The translations under genes were made by a program, and so were the position numbers. DNA of 64,000 nucleotides, taken from contig CAWHIJ010000003.1 of the NCBI GenBank assembly GCA_963829525.1, forward strand, positions 960,001 through 1,024,000, given 5' to 3'. The DNA is from an uncultured Actinomycetota bacterium. GTDB lineage: Bacteria > Actinomycetota > Actinomycetes > JAHEKZ01. Positions 28,081 through 37,445 of the stretch are shown here, one piece after another (the first letter of the stretch is position 1; each line of letters opens with the position of its first letter). A model generated the notes under the pieces. It was not told the origin of the DNA. It was given only the letters and a program-made list of their open reading frames with translations, and ran no database searches.

Positions 28081-28899
28081 TCAGGGAGTTTCGTCGGTTC
28101 GCCGAACATCGACTCCGAGACCGGTGCGGAACGTGATGCGCACCTTGTCGGGGCGGAAGAGGTCGCGCGCGTACTCGACGGGCAGACCGGCGGCGGTAGA
28201 TGCGGTTCGTTCAATAGCCATGAGCGCGCTCGTCGCCTCGACTCCAAGCATCTCGGCCTCGGAGGCACCTGCGATTATCGGTTCGAGGTTCTCGGACGCG
28301 ACATACGGCGTCTGGCCGTAGTGGCGACGAAGCAGGTCGTACAGCGAACCGGTCAGTCGGTGGGTGAGAAGGTCAGGAAAGACCTCAGCCGGGAAGTACG
28401 ACCGTTCGAGTGCAAGTGGTTGACGACGCGCTGTACGCACTCGGACGATCTCGTGGACATCATCGCCTCGCGGGATTGACAGTGCGCCAGCCACAGCAGC
28501 GGTGGCGGGAAGGGTGAGGGCTGAGACCACACGTGCCCCCGCTCGGATGTTCGCTCGGCGCATCTGCTCGGTGAAGCCGGCCAGGCCGGTCAGGTCACAT
28601 TCGATACGTGGCTCGCTGACGTAGGTGCCTCCCGACCTTCCAGGTCTGCGGACAACGGTTCCCTGAGCTTCCATCGTCGACAGGGCCTGCCGCAGCGTCA
28701 TTCGGCTGACGCCGAGTGCGGCAGCGAGGTCGCCTTCCCGTGGAAGGCGGTCACCGCTGACAAGATCGCCGCGTCCAATAACGTCGATCAGCCAGCGTTC
28801 GATCTGTGCATGCAGCGGAGATCCCGCTGTGGCTGCAAACGCGGGTACCGACGCGAGCCATTGTGGTTCGGACTCTGCGTTTGCGTCGTTGGGGCTCAC
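28081..28899 (-). CDS. GntR-family regulator (HutC/UTRA subfamily)
   Basis: RLPREGDLAAALGVSRMTLRQAL HTH; UTRA domain with GSLYDLL and PVEYAR. Confidence 0.93.
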   Translation of the reverse strand: MSPNDANAESEPQWLASVPAFAATAGSPLHAQIERWLIDVIGRGDLVSGDRLPREGDLAAALGVSRMTLRQALSTMEAQGTVVRRPGRSGGTYVSEPRIECDLTGLAGFTEQMRRANIRAGARVVSALTLPATAAVAGALSIPRGDDVHEIVRVRTARRQPLALERSYFPAEVFPDLLTHRLTGSLYDLLRRHYGQTPYVASENLEPIIAGASEAEMLGVEATSALMAIERTASTAAGLPVEYARDLFRPDKVRITFRTGLGVDVRRTDETP

Positions 28900-28919
28900 G
28901 AGTCTATATGCTAGGCCGC

Positions 28920-29612
28920 ATGACACCGGTAATCGGCGTTTCTTGCTATGGAGAGCCGGCGCAATGGGGTGCCTGGAGTACAGATGCAGTGCTGATCCAC
29001 CGTGAGTACGTGGCCGCCATCCAGGGGGTGGGAGCGGCCGCAATACTGGTTCCACCCGGTGTCACGGCAGAGACCGTGCGCTCGACCGTTGAGCGGGTCG
29101 ATGGGCTGGTCATCGCCGGTGGCCCCGACATCGACCCTGATCTCTATGGCGCCGTGGCGCATGCCACCACTGATCGGCCGCGCGCCGACCGTGACCAGAC
29201 TGAGCTGTTGCTCTATCGCACAGCGAGGGAACGCCAGATCCCCGTGCTCGGCATCTGTCGGGGAATGCAGATGATGGCGGTGGCCAGTGGAGGCTCCCTG
29301 GTGCAAGACCTGCCATCGGCCGGGTATGGCCTCCTGCACCGCGAAGCTCCCGGCGCATTTCTTGACCACGGAGCGACGTTCACGGACTCCTCCTTGGTGG
29401 CTCAGATCTTGGGTCGTGAGTTGGTTGTCAACTCGAGCCACCACCAGTGCGTTGACGATCCGGGGAGCCTCACGGTGACGGGCCGCGCTGAAGACGGAAC
29501 CATCGAGGTACTTGAAGATCCCGAAGCCGACTTCGTTCTAGGGGTGCAGTGGCATCCGGAGATGACTGACGACCGACGCCTCTTCGCGGCCCTCGTTGAC
29601 GCTGCTGGCTGA
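28920..29612 (+). CDS. Gamma-glutamyl-amide hydrolase (peptidase C26, PuuD-like)
   Basis: Motifs GGPDIDP, LGICRGMQ, NSSHHQ and GVQWHPE; ATG 7 nt after TATGCT. Confidence 0.92.
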   Translation: MTPVIGVSCYGEPAQWGAWSTDAVLIHREYVAAIQGVGAAAILVPPGVTAETVRSTVERVDGLVIAGGPDIDPDLYGAVAHATTDRPRADRDQTELLLYRTARERQIPVLGICRGMQMMAVASGGSLVQDLPSAGYGLLHREAPGAFLDHGATFTDSSLVAQILGRELVVNSSHHQCVDDPGSLTVTGRAEDGTIEVLEDPEADFVLGVQWHPEMTDDRRLFAALVDAAG

Positions 29613-29618
29613 TTCCGG

Positions 29619-30383
29619 CTACAGCGGGGTGACGTACGCCCCCGAGATTCCGCCGTCGACAAGGAAGTTGCTCGCGGTGATGAAGGATGAGTCGTCGCTG
29701 CCCAGGAACGCGACCGCCGCGGCGATCTCACTTGCTTCGGCGAATCGCCCAACAGGGATGTGGACCAGACGACGGGCCGCCCGCTCGGGATCTTTGGCAA
29801 AGAGCTCGATGAGCAGCGGGGTGTTCACCGGTCCGGGGGAGAGGGCGTTGACTCGGATTCCCTCGCGAGCAAACTGAACGCCGAGTTCGCGGCTCATCGC
29901 TAGCACTCCGCCCTTGGATGCGGTGTAGGAGATCTGCGAGGTGGCCGCTCCCATCGTCGCCACGAATGACGCCGTGTTGACGATCGAGCCTTTGCCTTGG
30001 CGCTGCATGTAGGGGATGACTTCCTTGCAGCAGAGGTAGACCGACGTCAGGTTGACACGCTGCACGCGCTCCCACGCCTCGATACCGGTGTCGAGGATGG
30101 AGTCGTCGTCGGGAGGGGAGATTCCGGCGTTGTGGAACGACACGTCGATCGACCCGTAGGTGTCGTGTGCTGTCTTGAACATCCGGGCGACGTCATCAGC
30201 GTTGGTGACGTCTGCCTGAACGGCAATGCCACCTACCTCGTCGGCAGCGGACTGACCGGCCTCGAGGTTCATGTCGACGATGACGACCTTGGCGCCCTCG
30301 GAGGCGAGCCGGAGGGCTGTTGCACGCCCGATGCCGCTTGCCCCTCCGGTGATGACGGCAGTGCGGTCGGTGAAGCGGTCCAC
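29619..30383 (-). CDS. Short-chain dehydrogenase/reductase
   Basis: Motifs TGGASGIG, NAGI, YTASK and PGPVNT. Confidence 0.93.
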   Translation of the reverse strand: MDRFTDRTAVITGGASGIGRATALRLASEGAKVVIVDMNLEAGQSAADEVGGIAVQADVTNADDVARMFKTAHDTYGSIDVSFHNAGISPPDDDSILDTGIEAWERVQRVNLTSVYLCCKEVIPYMQRQGKGSIVNTASFVATMGAATSQISYTASKGGVLAMSRELGVQFAREGIRVNALSPGPVNTPLLIELFAKDPERAARRLVHIPVGRFAEASEIAAAVAFLGSDDSSFITASNFLVDGGISGAYVTPL

Positions 30384-30386
30384 AGT

Positions 30387-31754
30387 TCAGCCTTCCGTTG
30401 AGATGAACACGTTCTTGACCTCGGTGAAGGCCTCTAGCGCGTCGGGCCCGAGTTCTCGGCCAAGGCCGGACTTCTTGAAGCCGCCGAACGGCGTCCAGTA
30501 ACGCACCGAGGAGTGCGAGTTGACCGAAAGGTTTCCGGCATCGATGCCACGGCTGACCCGGAGTGCACGGCCGACGTCTCGGGTGAAGATGGAACCGGAC
30601 AGTCCGTACTCGCTGTCGTTGGCGATGCGGATGGCATCGGCCTCGTCATCGAACGGAACGACCGCCACAACGGGCCCGAAGATCTCCTCGTGCAAGACCG
30701 GGTCCTCCGCACTCTGCGGGAGGACAACAGTTGGTGGGTACCAGTACCCCGGCCCGTCTGGCACCGATCCCTTGATCACGACGTTGGTGGCATCTGTGAC
30801 GAAGGACGCAACGCGGTCACGTTGGCCGGCGCTGATGAGCGGACCCATCTGCGATGTCTCACGGCTTGGGTCCTCGACGCGAACGCCCTGCACCGCCGGT
30901 TCCAGCAGCTCAAGGAACGAGTCAAGCGCTGACCGCTCCACCAGGATTCGCGATCGCGCGCAGCAGTCCTGGCCCGCGTTGTCGAAGACGGCATAGGGCG
31001 CGGTCGCGGCAGCGGCTTTGAGATCAGCGTCGGCGAAGATGACGTTGGCGCTCTTGCCACCAAGCTCGAGCGTGACGGGTTTAACCTGTCGTGCGCAGCC
31101 TTCGGCAACCCTCGTCCCGACCTCGGTCGATCCGGTGAAGACCACCTTTGCAACGTCTGGGTGAGTGACGAAGCGCTCGCCAACAACGGACCCGCGTCCG
31201 GTGAGCACCTGGAACACGTGCTCGGGCAGGCCGGCCTCCAAGGCGAGCTCGCCGAGCCGCATCGCGGTCATCGGAGTGAGCTCGGCCGGCTTGAGAACCA
31301 CGGTGTTGCCGGCGGCGAGGGCGGGGGCAAAGCCCCAGCCGGCGATGGGCATGGGGAAGTTCCAGGGAACGATGACTCCGACGACACCCAGTGGTTCTCG
31401 GAAGGTGATGTCTACGCCGCCGGCTACTGGGATCTGGTGCCCCAGCAGCCGCTCAGGTGCGCCCGCGTAGTAGGCGAGGACGTCGCGCACATTGCCGGCT
31501 TCCCATCGAGCATTGCTGATGGTGTGTCCGGCGTTGGGAACTTCCAACTGGGCAAGCTCTTCGATGTGGTCATCGACGACCGCTGAGAACCGTCGCAGCA
31601 GTCGGGCGCGGTCTCCTGGCGCGACGTGTCTCCACGTGGCAAAGGCTCGCTTGCCCAAGGCGATGGCGTCGTCGGTCTCTTCGACCGAGAGCGACGGAAC
31701 CGAGGTGATGACCGTTTCGGTCACCGGGTTGATGACGTCGTGCATGGCACTCAC
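30387..31754 (-). CDS. Aldehyde dehydrogenase
   Basis: Motifs PWNFP, FTGS, LELGGKS, NAGQDCC and EEIFGPV. Confidence 0.95.
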   Translation of the reverse strand: MSAMHDVINPVTETVITSVPSLSVEETDDAIALGKRAFATWRHVAPGDRARLLRRFSAVVDDHIEELAQLEVPNAGHTISNARWEAGNVRDVLAYYAGAPERLLGHQIPVAGGVDITFREPLGVVGVIVPWNFPMPIAGWGFAPALAAGNTVVLKPAELTPMTAMRLGELALEAGLPEHVFQVLTGRGSVVGERFVTHPDVAKVVFTGSTEVGTRVAEGCARQVKPVTLELGGKSANVIFADADLKAAAATAPYAVFDNAGQDCCARSRILVERSALDSFLELLEPAVQGVRVEDPSRETSQMGPLISAGQRDRVASFVTDATNVVIKGSVPDGPGYWYPPTVVLPQSAEDPVLHEEIFGPVVAVVPFDDEADAIRIANDSEYGLSGSIFTRDVGRALRVSRGIDAGNLSVNSHSSVRYWTPFGGFKKSGLGRELGPDALEAFTEVKNVFISTEG

Positions 31755-33127
31755 ATTCGCTCGAAGCTGCGGATTCGCTCCCAGTCGGTGACTGAGCGAT
31801 CAAAGGCGTCGACCTCGATGCGACCCATGTTGGCGTAGTGCGCCTGCACGTCCTCGCCGAAGGTCTCGGCCACCCACTCCGAGCGCTCCCAGAGCTCGAC
31901 AGCGTCCACCAGTCGCCAAGGAGCGCGCTCGCCCCCGGCCTGGTACGCGTTACCTGCAAACTCGTCGCGCAGCTCGAGCTTGTTCTCGATGCCAGACAGG
32001 CTCGCTGCCACCATCCCGGCGACCGCAAGGTAGGGGTTGACGTCTCCGCCGGGAATTCGGTTCTCGACCCGGAGCCCGGCGCCACGACCGACCAGTCGGA
32101 GCGCGCACGTCCGGTTGTCGCGTCCCCACTCGATGGAGGTGGGGGCGAAAGAGCCAGGTGCAAAGCGTTTGTAGGAGTTGATGTTCGGTGCGAAGAGCAG
32201 GGAGAGCTCGCGCAGATGGGCCAGCTGTCCTGCGATGAACTGGCGTCCGACGTCGGACATCCCGTGTGTGGTGTCAGCAGGGTCGGCCATCACCATGGCG
32301 CCGTCGGTTCCGCGGAATGACAGGTGGATGTGGCAGGAGTTTCCCTCACGTTCGTTGTACTTGGCCATGAAGGTGAGGGCGTAGCCATCTTGGGCGGCAA
32401 TCTCTTTGGCTGCTGTCTTGTAGACGACGTGGTTGTCGCAGGACTTCAAAGCAGATTCGTACAGGAAGGCGATCTCATGCTGGCCGAGGTTGCACTCGCC
32501 CTTGGCGCTTTCGACCTGCAACCCTGACTCCGACATCGCCAGGCGAATCCGGCGCAACAGCGGCTCGACTCGCGAAGTGCCGATGATCGAGTAGTCGACG
32601 TTGTAGCTGTTCGATGGGGTGAGGTCTCGGTAGTGGCGCTCCCAAGCGTCCTCGTAGGAGTTGTTGAACAGGATGAACTCGAGCTCGGTGCCGACGAAGG
32701 CCTCCATACCGGCGTCAGCGAGCCGGGCAAGCTGCCTCTTCAGCACTTGACGGGGCGAGGCAACCACGTCGGTGCCATCGAGCCACTGGACGTCGGCCTG
32801 CACCATGGCGGTCTTGGGATGCCATGGCACGAGTCGAAGCGTGTCCAGGTCATGTGCCATGACGAAGTCGCCGTAGCCGGCATCCCAGCTGGACATCTGG
32901 TAGCCGTCGACGGTGTTCATGTCGACGTCGACGGCCAGCAGGTAGTTGCATCCCTCGGTGCCGTGGGCGAGCACGTGGTCGACGAAGTATCGGGCGTCCA
33001 GGCGCTTGCCCTGAAGGCGCCCCTGCATGTCGGTGATCGCAAGGATGACCGTGTCGAAACGGCCGTTGGATACCCCGGTCTTCAGCTCGTCGATGGACAG
33101 CGGCGCGCCGTGCATCTGGTCTGTCAT
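31751..33127 (-). CDS. Glutamine synthetase-like gamma-glutamyl-amine ligase (GlnA4/PuuA type)
   Basis: Motifs DMQGRLQGKR, ELEF, KGECNLGQHE, GNSCHIH, NSYKR, DNRT and ENRIPG; in an operon with ALDH and SDR. Confidence 0.92.
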   Translation of the reverse strand: MTDQMHGAPLSIDELKTGVSNGRFDTVILAITDMQGRLQGKRLDARYFVDHVLAHGTEGCNYLLAVDVDMNTVDGYQMSSWDAGYGDFVMAHDLDTLRLVPWHPKTAMVQADVQWLDGTDVVASPRQVLKRQLARLADAGMEAFVGTELEFILFNNSYEDAWERHYRDLTPSNSYNVDYSIIGTSRVEPLLRRIRLAMSESGLQVESAKGECNLGQHEIAFLYESALKSCDNHVVYKTAAKEIAAQDGYALTFMAKYNEREGNSCHIHLSFRGTDGAMVMADPADTTHGMSDVGRQFIAGQLAHLRELSLLFAPNINSYKRFAPGSFAPTSIEWGRDNRTCALRLVGRGAGLRVENRIPGGDVNPYLAVAGMVAASLSGIENKLELRDEFAGNAYQAGGERAPWRLVDAVELWERSEWVAETFGEDVQAHYANMGRIEVDAFDRSVTDWERIRSFERM

Positions 33128-33201
33128 CCCACATCCCTTCGGCTGCACACACCCTGACACGAGCGAGGACGCCCGGAAGGGAGGATGAGCGGGTGTATCG
33201 A

Positions 33202-33243
33202 TCTAGACCGAAAACCTACCTTTCTGATCATTACTGGTCTAGA
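33202..33243. promoter_or_regulatory. Pair of inverted GntR/HutC-type operator sites
   Basis: TCTAGACC (33202-33209) and ACTGGTCTAGA (33233-33243) lie between the divergent ligase and kinase operons. Confidence 0.6.
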
Positions 33244-33271
33244 GTCCGGGGCCATCGCACTGGGAGGGTGT

Positions 33272-34201
33272 GTGGCGGTCTTGACAGAGGATGGCGTCAG
33301 CGCTGAGTTACTGGCGCGCCTTGACGCAGTCCCAGAGTTGGCAGACCGATCCGACGTCGTCGTGCTCTCCGGTGGGTTGACCAACCAGAACCTCAAGGTG
33401 ACGACGCCGGTTGGCGTCTACGTGGCGCGGCTGTCGACTCCCGAGAGCTCGCTCCTGGCCATCGACCGCGCCCATGAGCACGTGAACTCGGTGGCCGCCG
33501 CTCAGTCGGGGGCTGCGCCATCGGTGGTTGCCTATGTGGCGGAAGCGAGCATCCTCGTCGTCGACTACGTCGACGGTCGGACGTGGGACAGCGTCGACAT
33601 CCTGGTGCCCGCCAACGCTGGCCGAATCGCAGAGGTGTGCCATTTGCTGCACGCTGGCCCGGCCTTCGGAAACGACTTCAACATGCTTTTGCTCCAGCGC
33701 CACTACCTGACGATCGTCCAGGAGCGCGACCTTCGGCTCCCCGATCGGTACTTGGAATTCGCGGGGCATGCGCAGGCGATCGAGCAAGCTCTCGCGACGC
33801 GCCCGGTGGCTGCGGCACCCTGCAACAACGACCTGCTCGCCGCCAACTTCATCGATACCGGCGACCGGGTGTGGCTCATCGACTACGAGTACTCCGGGAA
33901 CAACGATCCGTTCTTCGAGATCGGCAACATCTGGAGCGAGGCCTCAGGGACGCCGGACGATCTCGCCCGGCTGGTGACCGCCTACGCGGGGCGACGTTCC
34001 CGCGCCTTGACGGCTCGTGCCTGGTTGTGGGGGTTGATGAGCAAGTACGGATGGACGCTCTGGGCGTCGATTCAGGACGGAACGAGCGAACTTGAGTTCG
34101 ATTTCTGGGCGTGGGGGATGGAGAAGTACGAGCGCGTGATCGCCGAGTTCGATTCAGCAGATTTCGGCCGTGCGTTGGAGGAGGTGCGCCAGAGCGACTG
34201 A
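33272..34201 (+). CDS. Choline/ethanolamine kinase-family phosphotransferase
   Basis: LSGGLTNQN, Brenner motif CNNDLLAANF, and LIDYEYS; GTG start after GGGAGG. Confidence 0.9.
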   Translation: MAVLTEDGVSAELLARLDAVPELADRSDVVVLSGGLTNQNLKVTTPVGVYVARLSTPESSLLAIDRAHEHVNSVAAAQSGAAPSVVAYVAEASILVVDYVDGRTWDSVDILVPANAGRIAEVCHLLHAGPAFGNDFNMLLLQRHYLTIVQERDLRLPDRYLEFAGHAQAIEQALATRPVAAAPCNNDLLAANFIDTGDRVWLIDYEYSGNNDPFFEIGNIWSEASGTPDDLARLVTAYAGRRSRALTARAWLWGLMSKYGWTLWASIQDGTSELEFDFWAWGMEKYERVIAEFDSADFGRALEEVRQSD

Positions 34202-34324
34202 CGTGTGGTGGAGAAACCGGTTCCGCGTGTCGCAAGACGAGAACCGTCTCCAGTGCCACACTGCGACCAAGGTCACGGCGCCGCCGTGGCTGACGCTGGG
34301 GGTTTCGGAAAGAGGAGTCACCAG

Positions 34325-36022
34325 ATGGCGGACATTTCAAGGTTGACCGATGACGAACAGAAGCTCGCAGATCTCGGATACAAGCAAGAGCTGAGCCGCT
34401 CTTGGTCGGGCTTCTCAAACTTCGCCATCTCGTTCTCGATCATTTCGATCCTGGCCGGCTGTTTCACCACATTCTACTTCGGGTGGAACAACGGTGGGCC
34501 TATTGCAATAGCGCTCGGTTGGCCACTGATCTCGGCATTCATCCTGATCATCGGCTTCTGCCTGTCGGAGATGGTCTCGGCCTACCCGACGTCCGGAGGG
34601 ATCTACTGGTGGGCCTCCAAGCTCGGCAGCGTCAAGGCTGGCTACTACACCGGCTGGCTCAACCTGGTCGGGCTGATTGCGATCGTTGCCTCGGTGGCCT
34701 ACGGCACCGCCACGTTCATGGACTACTCGTTGTCGAGGTTCAGCGACTCGTGGGCCGAGGGGTACGACCTCACCCGAGTCTTCTACATGTTCCTCGGAGT
34801 CTTGGTCTTCGTCTCGCTGGTCAATATCTTCTCGAGCCACCTGCTTGCGGTCTTCAACAACATCTCGGTGTGGTGGCACGTCATCGGAGCCAGCGTCGTT
34901 GTCATCATCCTCTGGCTCTTCCTGCAGGATGGCGCCAGTCACTGGAACGTCAGCGATGTCTTCACCGGAACGGTTAACAACACCGGTGGGCTCTACGAGG
35001 GGTCGACCAGCAACTTGGGCTTCTGGTTCTACGTCCTGCCGCTCGGGTTCCTGCTGACTCAGTACACGATCACCGGTTATGACGCTTCGGCCCACTTGTC
35101 CGAAGAGACCCACGGCGCTGCGGATGCGGCCGCCAAGGGCATCTGGCGGTCGATCTTCTACTCAGCGATCGGTGGCTGGATCCTGCTGCTGTCGTTCCTG
35201 TTCGCGGTGCAGGATGCGGACGCTGTCACCGCTGGAGGCGGAGGGGTCCAGGTCATCTTCGACCAGGCACTGTCGCCGACGATGTCGGGGCTAGTGCTGC
35301 TCATCGCGACGATCGGCCAGCTCTTCTGCACGACTGCCTGCCTCACGTCGGCTTCGCGCATGCTCTTCGCATTCAGCCGCGACGGTGCTGTGCCGGGTGC
35401 GAAGTACTGGTCGAAACTGAACGGCCAGAAGACTCCGGTGTACGCGGTGCTGGCAGTGGCGGTCTCCGGGCTGATCCTGACCCTTCCCGCCCTGTGGGAG
35501 GTCAACATCGGAACAGCGGAGGAGCCGATCATCACGGTGACCGCGTTCTTCGCCGTCGTCTCGATCGGGGTGCTCGGCCTCTATCTCGCCTTCGCGATTC
35601 CGATCTTCTACCGGTGGCGTGCTGGCGCCTCGTTCAAGCAGGGATCGTGGAACCTGGGGAACAAGTGGAAGTGGATGGCGCCGATTGCCATCGCCGAGAT
35701 CCTGATCACCTCGGTCTACTTCATCCTGCCGCTCTACCCTGCTGGAGCGCCAGGGTTCCTCCGAGGCTTCCTTGGGGCTCCCGGGACCGACGAGGTCCCG
35801 TTCGACTGGAAGTTCGTCAACTACGCGCCGCTGGTGCTCGGGGCCATCTTCCTCCTGCTCTGGATCGGCTGGCATGTATCGGCCAAGCACTGGTTCACCG
35901 GGCCCAAGCACACGATCGACCTGCCTGCCGGTGTGACGAGTGCAGACGAGCTGGCCCTCGAGCACGAGCACGACGGGTTCCTCACTGGGGAGCACCAGAA
36001 GCACCATCCGGACGACAAGTAG
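34325..36022 (+). CDS. APC-superfamily amino acid/amine permease
   Basis: Motifs LGYKQEL, FSNFAISFSIIS, SAYPTSGGIY and GYDASAHLSEET; GAGGAG RBS. Confidence 0.93.
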   Translation: MADISRLTDDEQKLADLGYKQELSRSWSGFSNFAISFSIISILAGCFTTFYFGWNNGGPIAIALGWPLISAFILIIGFCLSEMVSAYPTSGGIYWWASKLGSVKAGYYTGWLNLVGLIAIVASVAYGTATFMDYSLSRFSDSWAEGYDLTRVFYMFLGVLVFVSLVNIFSSHLLAVFNNISVWWHVIGASVVVIILWLFLQDGASHWNVSDVFTGTVNNTGGLYEGSTSNLGFWFYVLPLGFLLTQYTITGYDASAHLSEETHGAADAAAKGIWRSIFYSAIGGWILLLSFLFAVQDADAVTAGGGGVQVIFDQALSPTMSGLVLLIATIGQLFCTTACLTSASRMLFAFSRDGAVPGAKYWSKLNGQKTPVYAVLAVAVSGLILTLPALWEVNIGTAEEPIITVTAFFAVVSIGVLGLYLAFAIPIFYRWRAGASFKQGSWNLGNKWKWMAPIAIAEILITSVYFILPLYPAGAPGFLRGFLGAPGTDEVPFDWKFVNYAPLVLGAIFLLLWIGWHVSAKHWFTGPKHTIDLPAGVTSADELALEHEHDGFLTGEHQKHHPDDK

Positions 36023-36034
36023 TCCTGTTCTGAC

Positions 36035-36072
36035 CAGAGGGAGGGTGGCCCGGAAGGGTCGCCCTCCCTCTG
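36035..36072 (+). terminator. Intrinsic terminator hairpin
   Basis: CAGAGGGAGGGTGGCCC-GGAA-GGGTCGCCCTCCCTCTG. Confidence 0.75.
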
Positions 36073-36100
36073 TCGTTCCGTTCGCAGCTACCTTTGAGGC

Positions 36101-36778
36101 ATGGGTCGTCCTACGCGCTGGGTCACTGACACCGACGAAAATCACTCTCAGTGGTACATCGAGCGTTTCCGCGGGATGGAGACCGAGGGTGTCGACCTGG
36201 GCGGCGAAGCCCGCCTACTGGACGCGATGCTCCCGCCGCGGTCGCGAATCCTCGATGCCGGTTGCGGACCCGGTCGAGTCGGGGCACGGCTGCACCAGCG
36301 TGGCCATGACGTGGTCGGGGTCGACGCCGATCCTGAGCTGATCGCCGCCGCCCGCGAGGATCACCCTGGCCCGCAGTGGCTGGTCGCCGATCTTGCCGAG
36401 CTCGACCTCGCCCGACATGGTGTCATCGAGCCATTCGCCGGTGCGGTATTGGCGGGAAACGTAATGGCTTTCGTTGCTCCGGGCACAGAGTCGGACGTCC
36501 TCACCGCGATCGCCGCTCACCTCGCCCCCGACGGCATCCTCGTCGTGGGTTTTGGCGCCGATCGTGGCTACGCACTGGACGACTTCGACCGGCACGCAGG
36601 ATCAGCTGGTCTTCGCATGGAGCACCGGTTCGCCACCTGGGATCTACGTCCGTGGCAGCAGTCCTCCGACTTCGCGGTCACGGTGCTTCGGGCCCGCATC
36701 CATGAGACGGTGGCGCCTGAATCGACCCCGGGAGTGAACGATGAACAAGGCTTTCCGCAAGTACCTGACCGACGCTGA
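36101..36778 (+). CDS. Class I SAM-dependent methyltransferase
   Basis: ILDAGCGPGR and VGVDAD; TACCTT 6 nt before the ATG. Confidence 0.9.
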   Translation: MGRPTRWVTDTDENHSQWYIERFRGMETEGVDLGGEARLLDAMLPPRSRILDAGCGPGRVGARLHQRGHDVVGVDADPELIAAAREDHPGPQWLVADLAELDLARHGVIEPFAGAVLAGNVMAFVAPGTESDVLTAIAAHLAPDGILVVGFGADRGYALDDFDRHAGSAGLRMEHRFATWDLRPWQQSSDFAVTVLRARIHETVAPESTPGVNDEQGFPQVPDRR

Positions 36779-37235
36779 GGTCCAGCTGATCGAGGAGACC
36801 AAGCCGGCAGCTCTGGCCGAGCTCGACGAGGATGAGCTCGGAGACCTGCACGATCGTGTTCGGCGGGCCAGCAGTAAATACCGCAAGTTGCACCGAAGGC
36901 AGGCAAGTGCTCAGGTGCGGAGCGACCGTGGCAGGGGAAAGGCGGCTGCCAAGAACCCGAGGTCGGCGGTTAAGGCGGAAGTCTTCGAGGACGCACTGGC
37001 GCGGGTGAGTCGAGCCCTGAGCAAGGCGGCGAAGGCGTCAGCCGCCGAGCTGAAAGCAAAGCGTTTGGCGGCTGCAAAGGCCGGTTCTGCAGGGCCCAAG
37101 AAGGCTCCGGCCCCAGGTCAGGGACCTGGTAGTGGCCGCACCGCTGCGAAGAGGCGGTCGCCCGTCGTGAAGAAGAAGAATGCCGCCACTCTCGCAGCCG
37201 GCTCTCGGAGGCAGGCCAAGCGCGACGCCCGTTAG
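36741..37235 (+). CDS. Basic, Lys/Arg/Ala-rich hypothetical protein
   Basis: Good codon bias and a GGGAG RBS; motifs LDEDELGDLHDRVRR and KAEVFEDALARVS. Confidence 0.75.
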   Translation: MNKAFRKYLTDAEVQLIEETKPAALAELDEDELGDLHDRVRRASSKYRKLHRRQASAQVRSDRGRGKAAAKNPRSAVKAEVFEDALARVSRALSKAAKASAAELKAKRLAAAKAGSAGPKKAPAPGQGPGSGRTAAKRRSPVVKKKNAATLAAGSRRQAKRDAR

Positions 37236-37445
37236 GCGAGCCTCACTTGGTTGGCTAGGACTCGTGTGTCTCGAACCGGTGACGACGGGTTGCGACTTCG
37301 TAACGTCATGGCGTGGGGTAGGTCCCTACCACGACCCACCGCTGTTATGGTGCGGGCGACTGAGTAGGTCTATCCAGGCCGCACAGTCGCTGGATCAGGG
37401 ACCCTGAGCCGGCGTAGGTACCCCCATCGATCAGGGAGAGATGCA

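Noticed and set aside
36690-36778. Seventh +1 frameshift explaining the 38-nt overlap of the methyltransferase with the next gene
   Set aside because: An alternative stop at 36737 exists, but the tail has no conserved motif to decide; unsupported.
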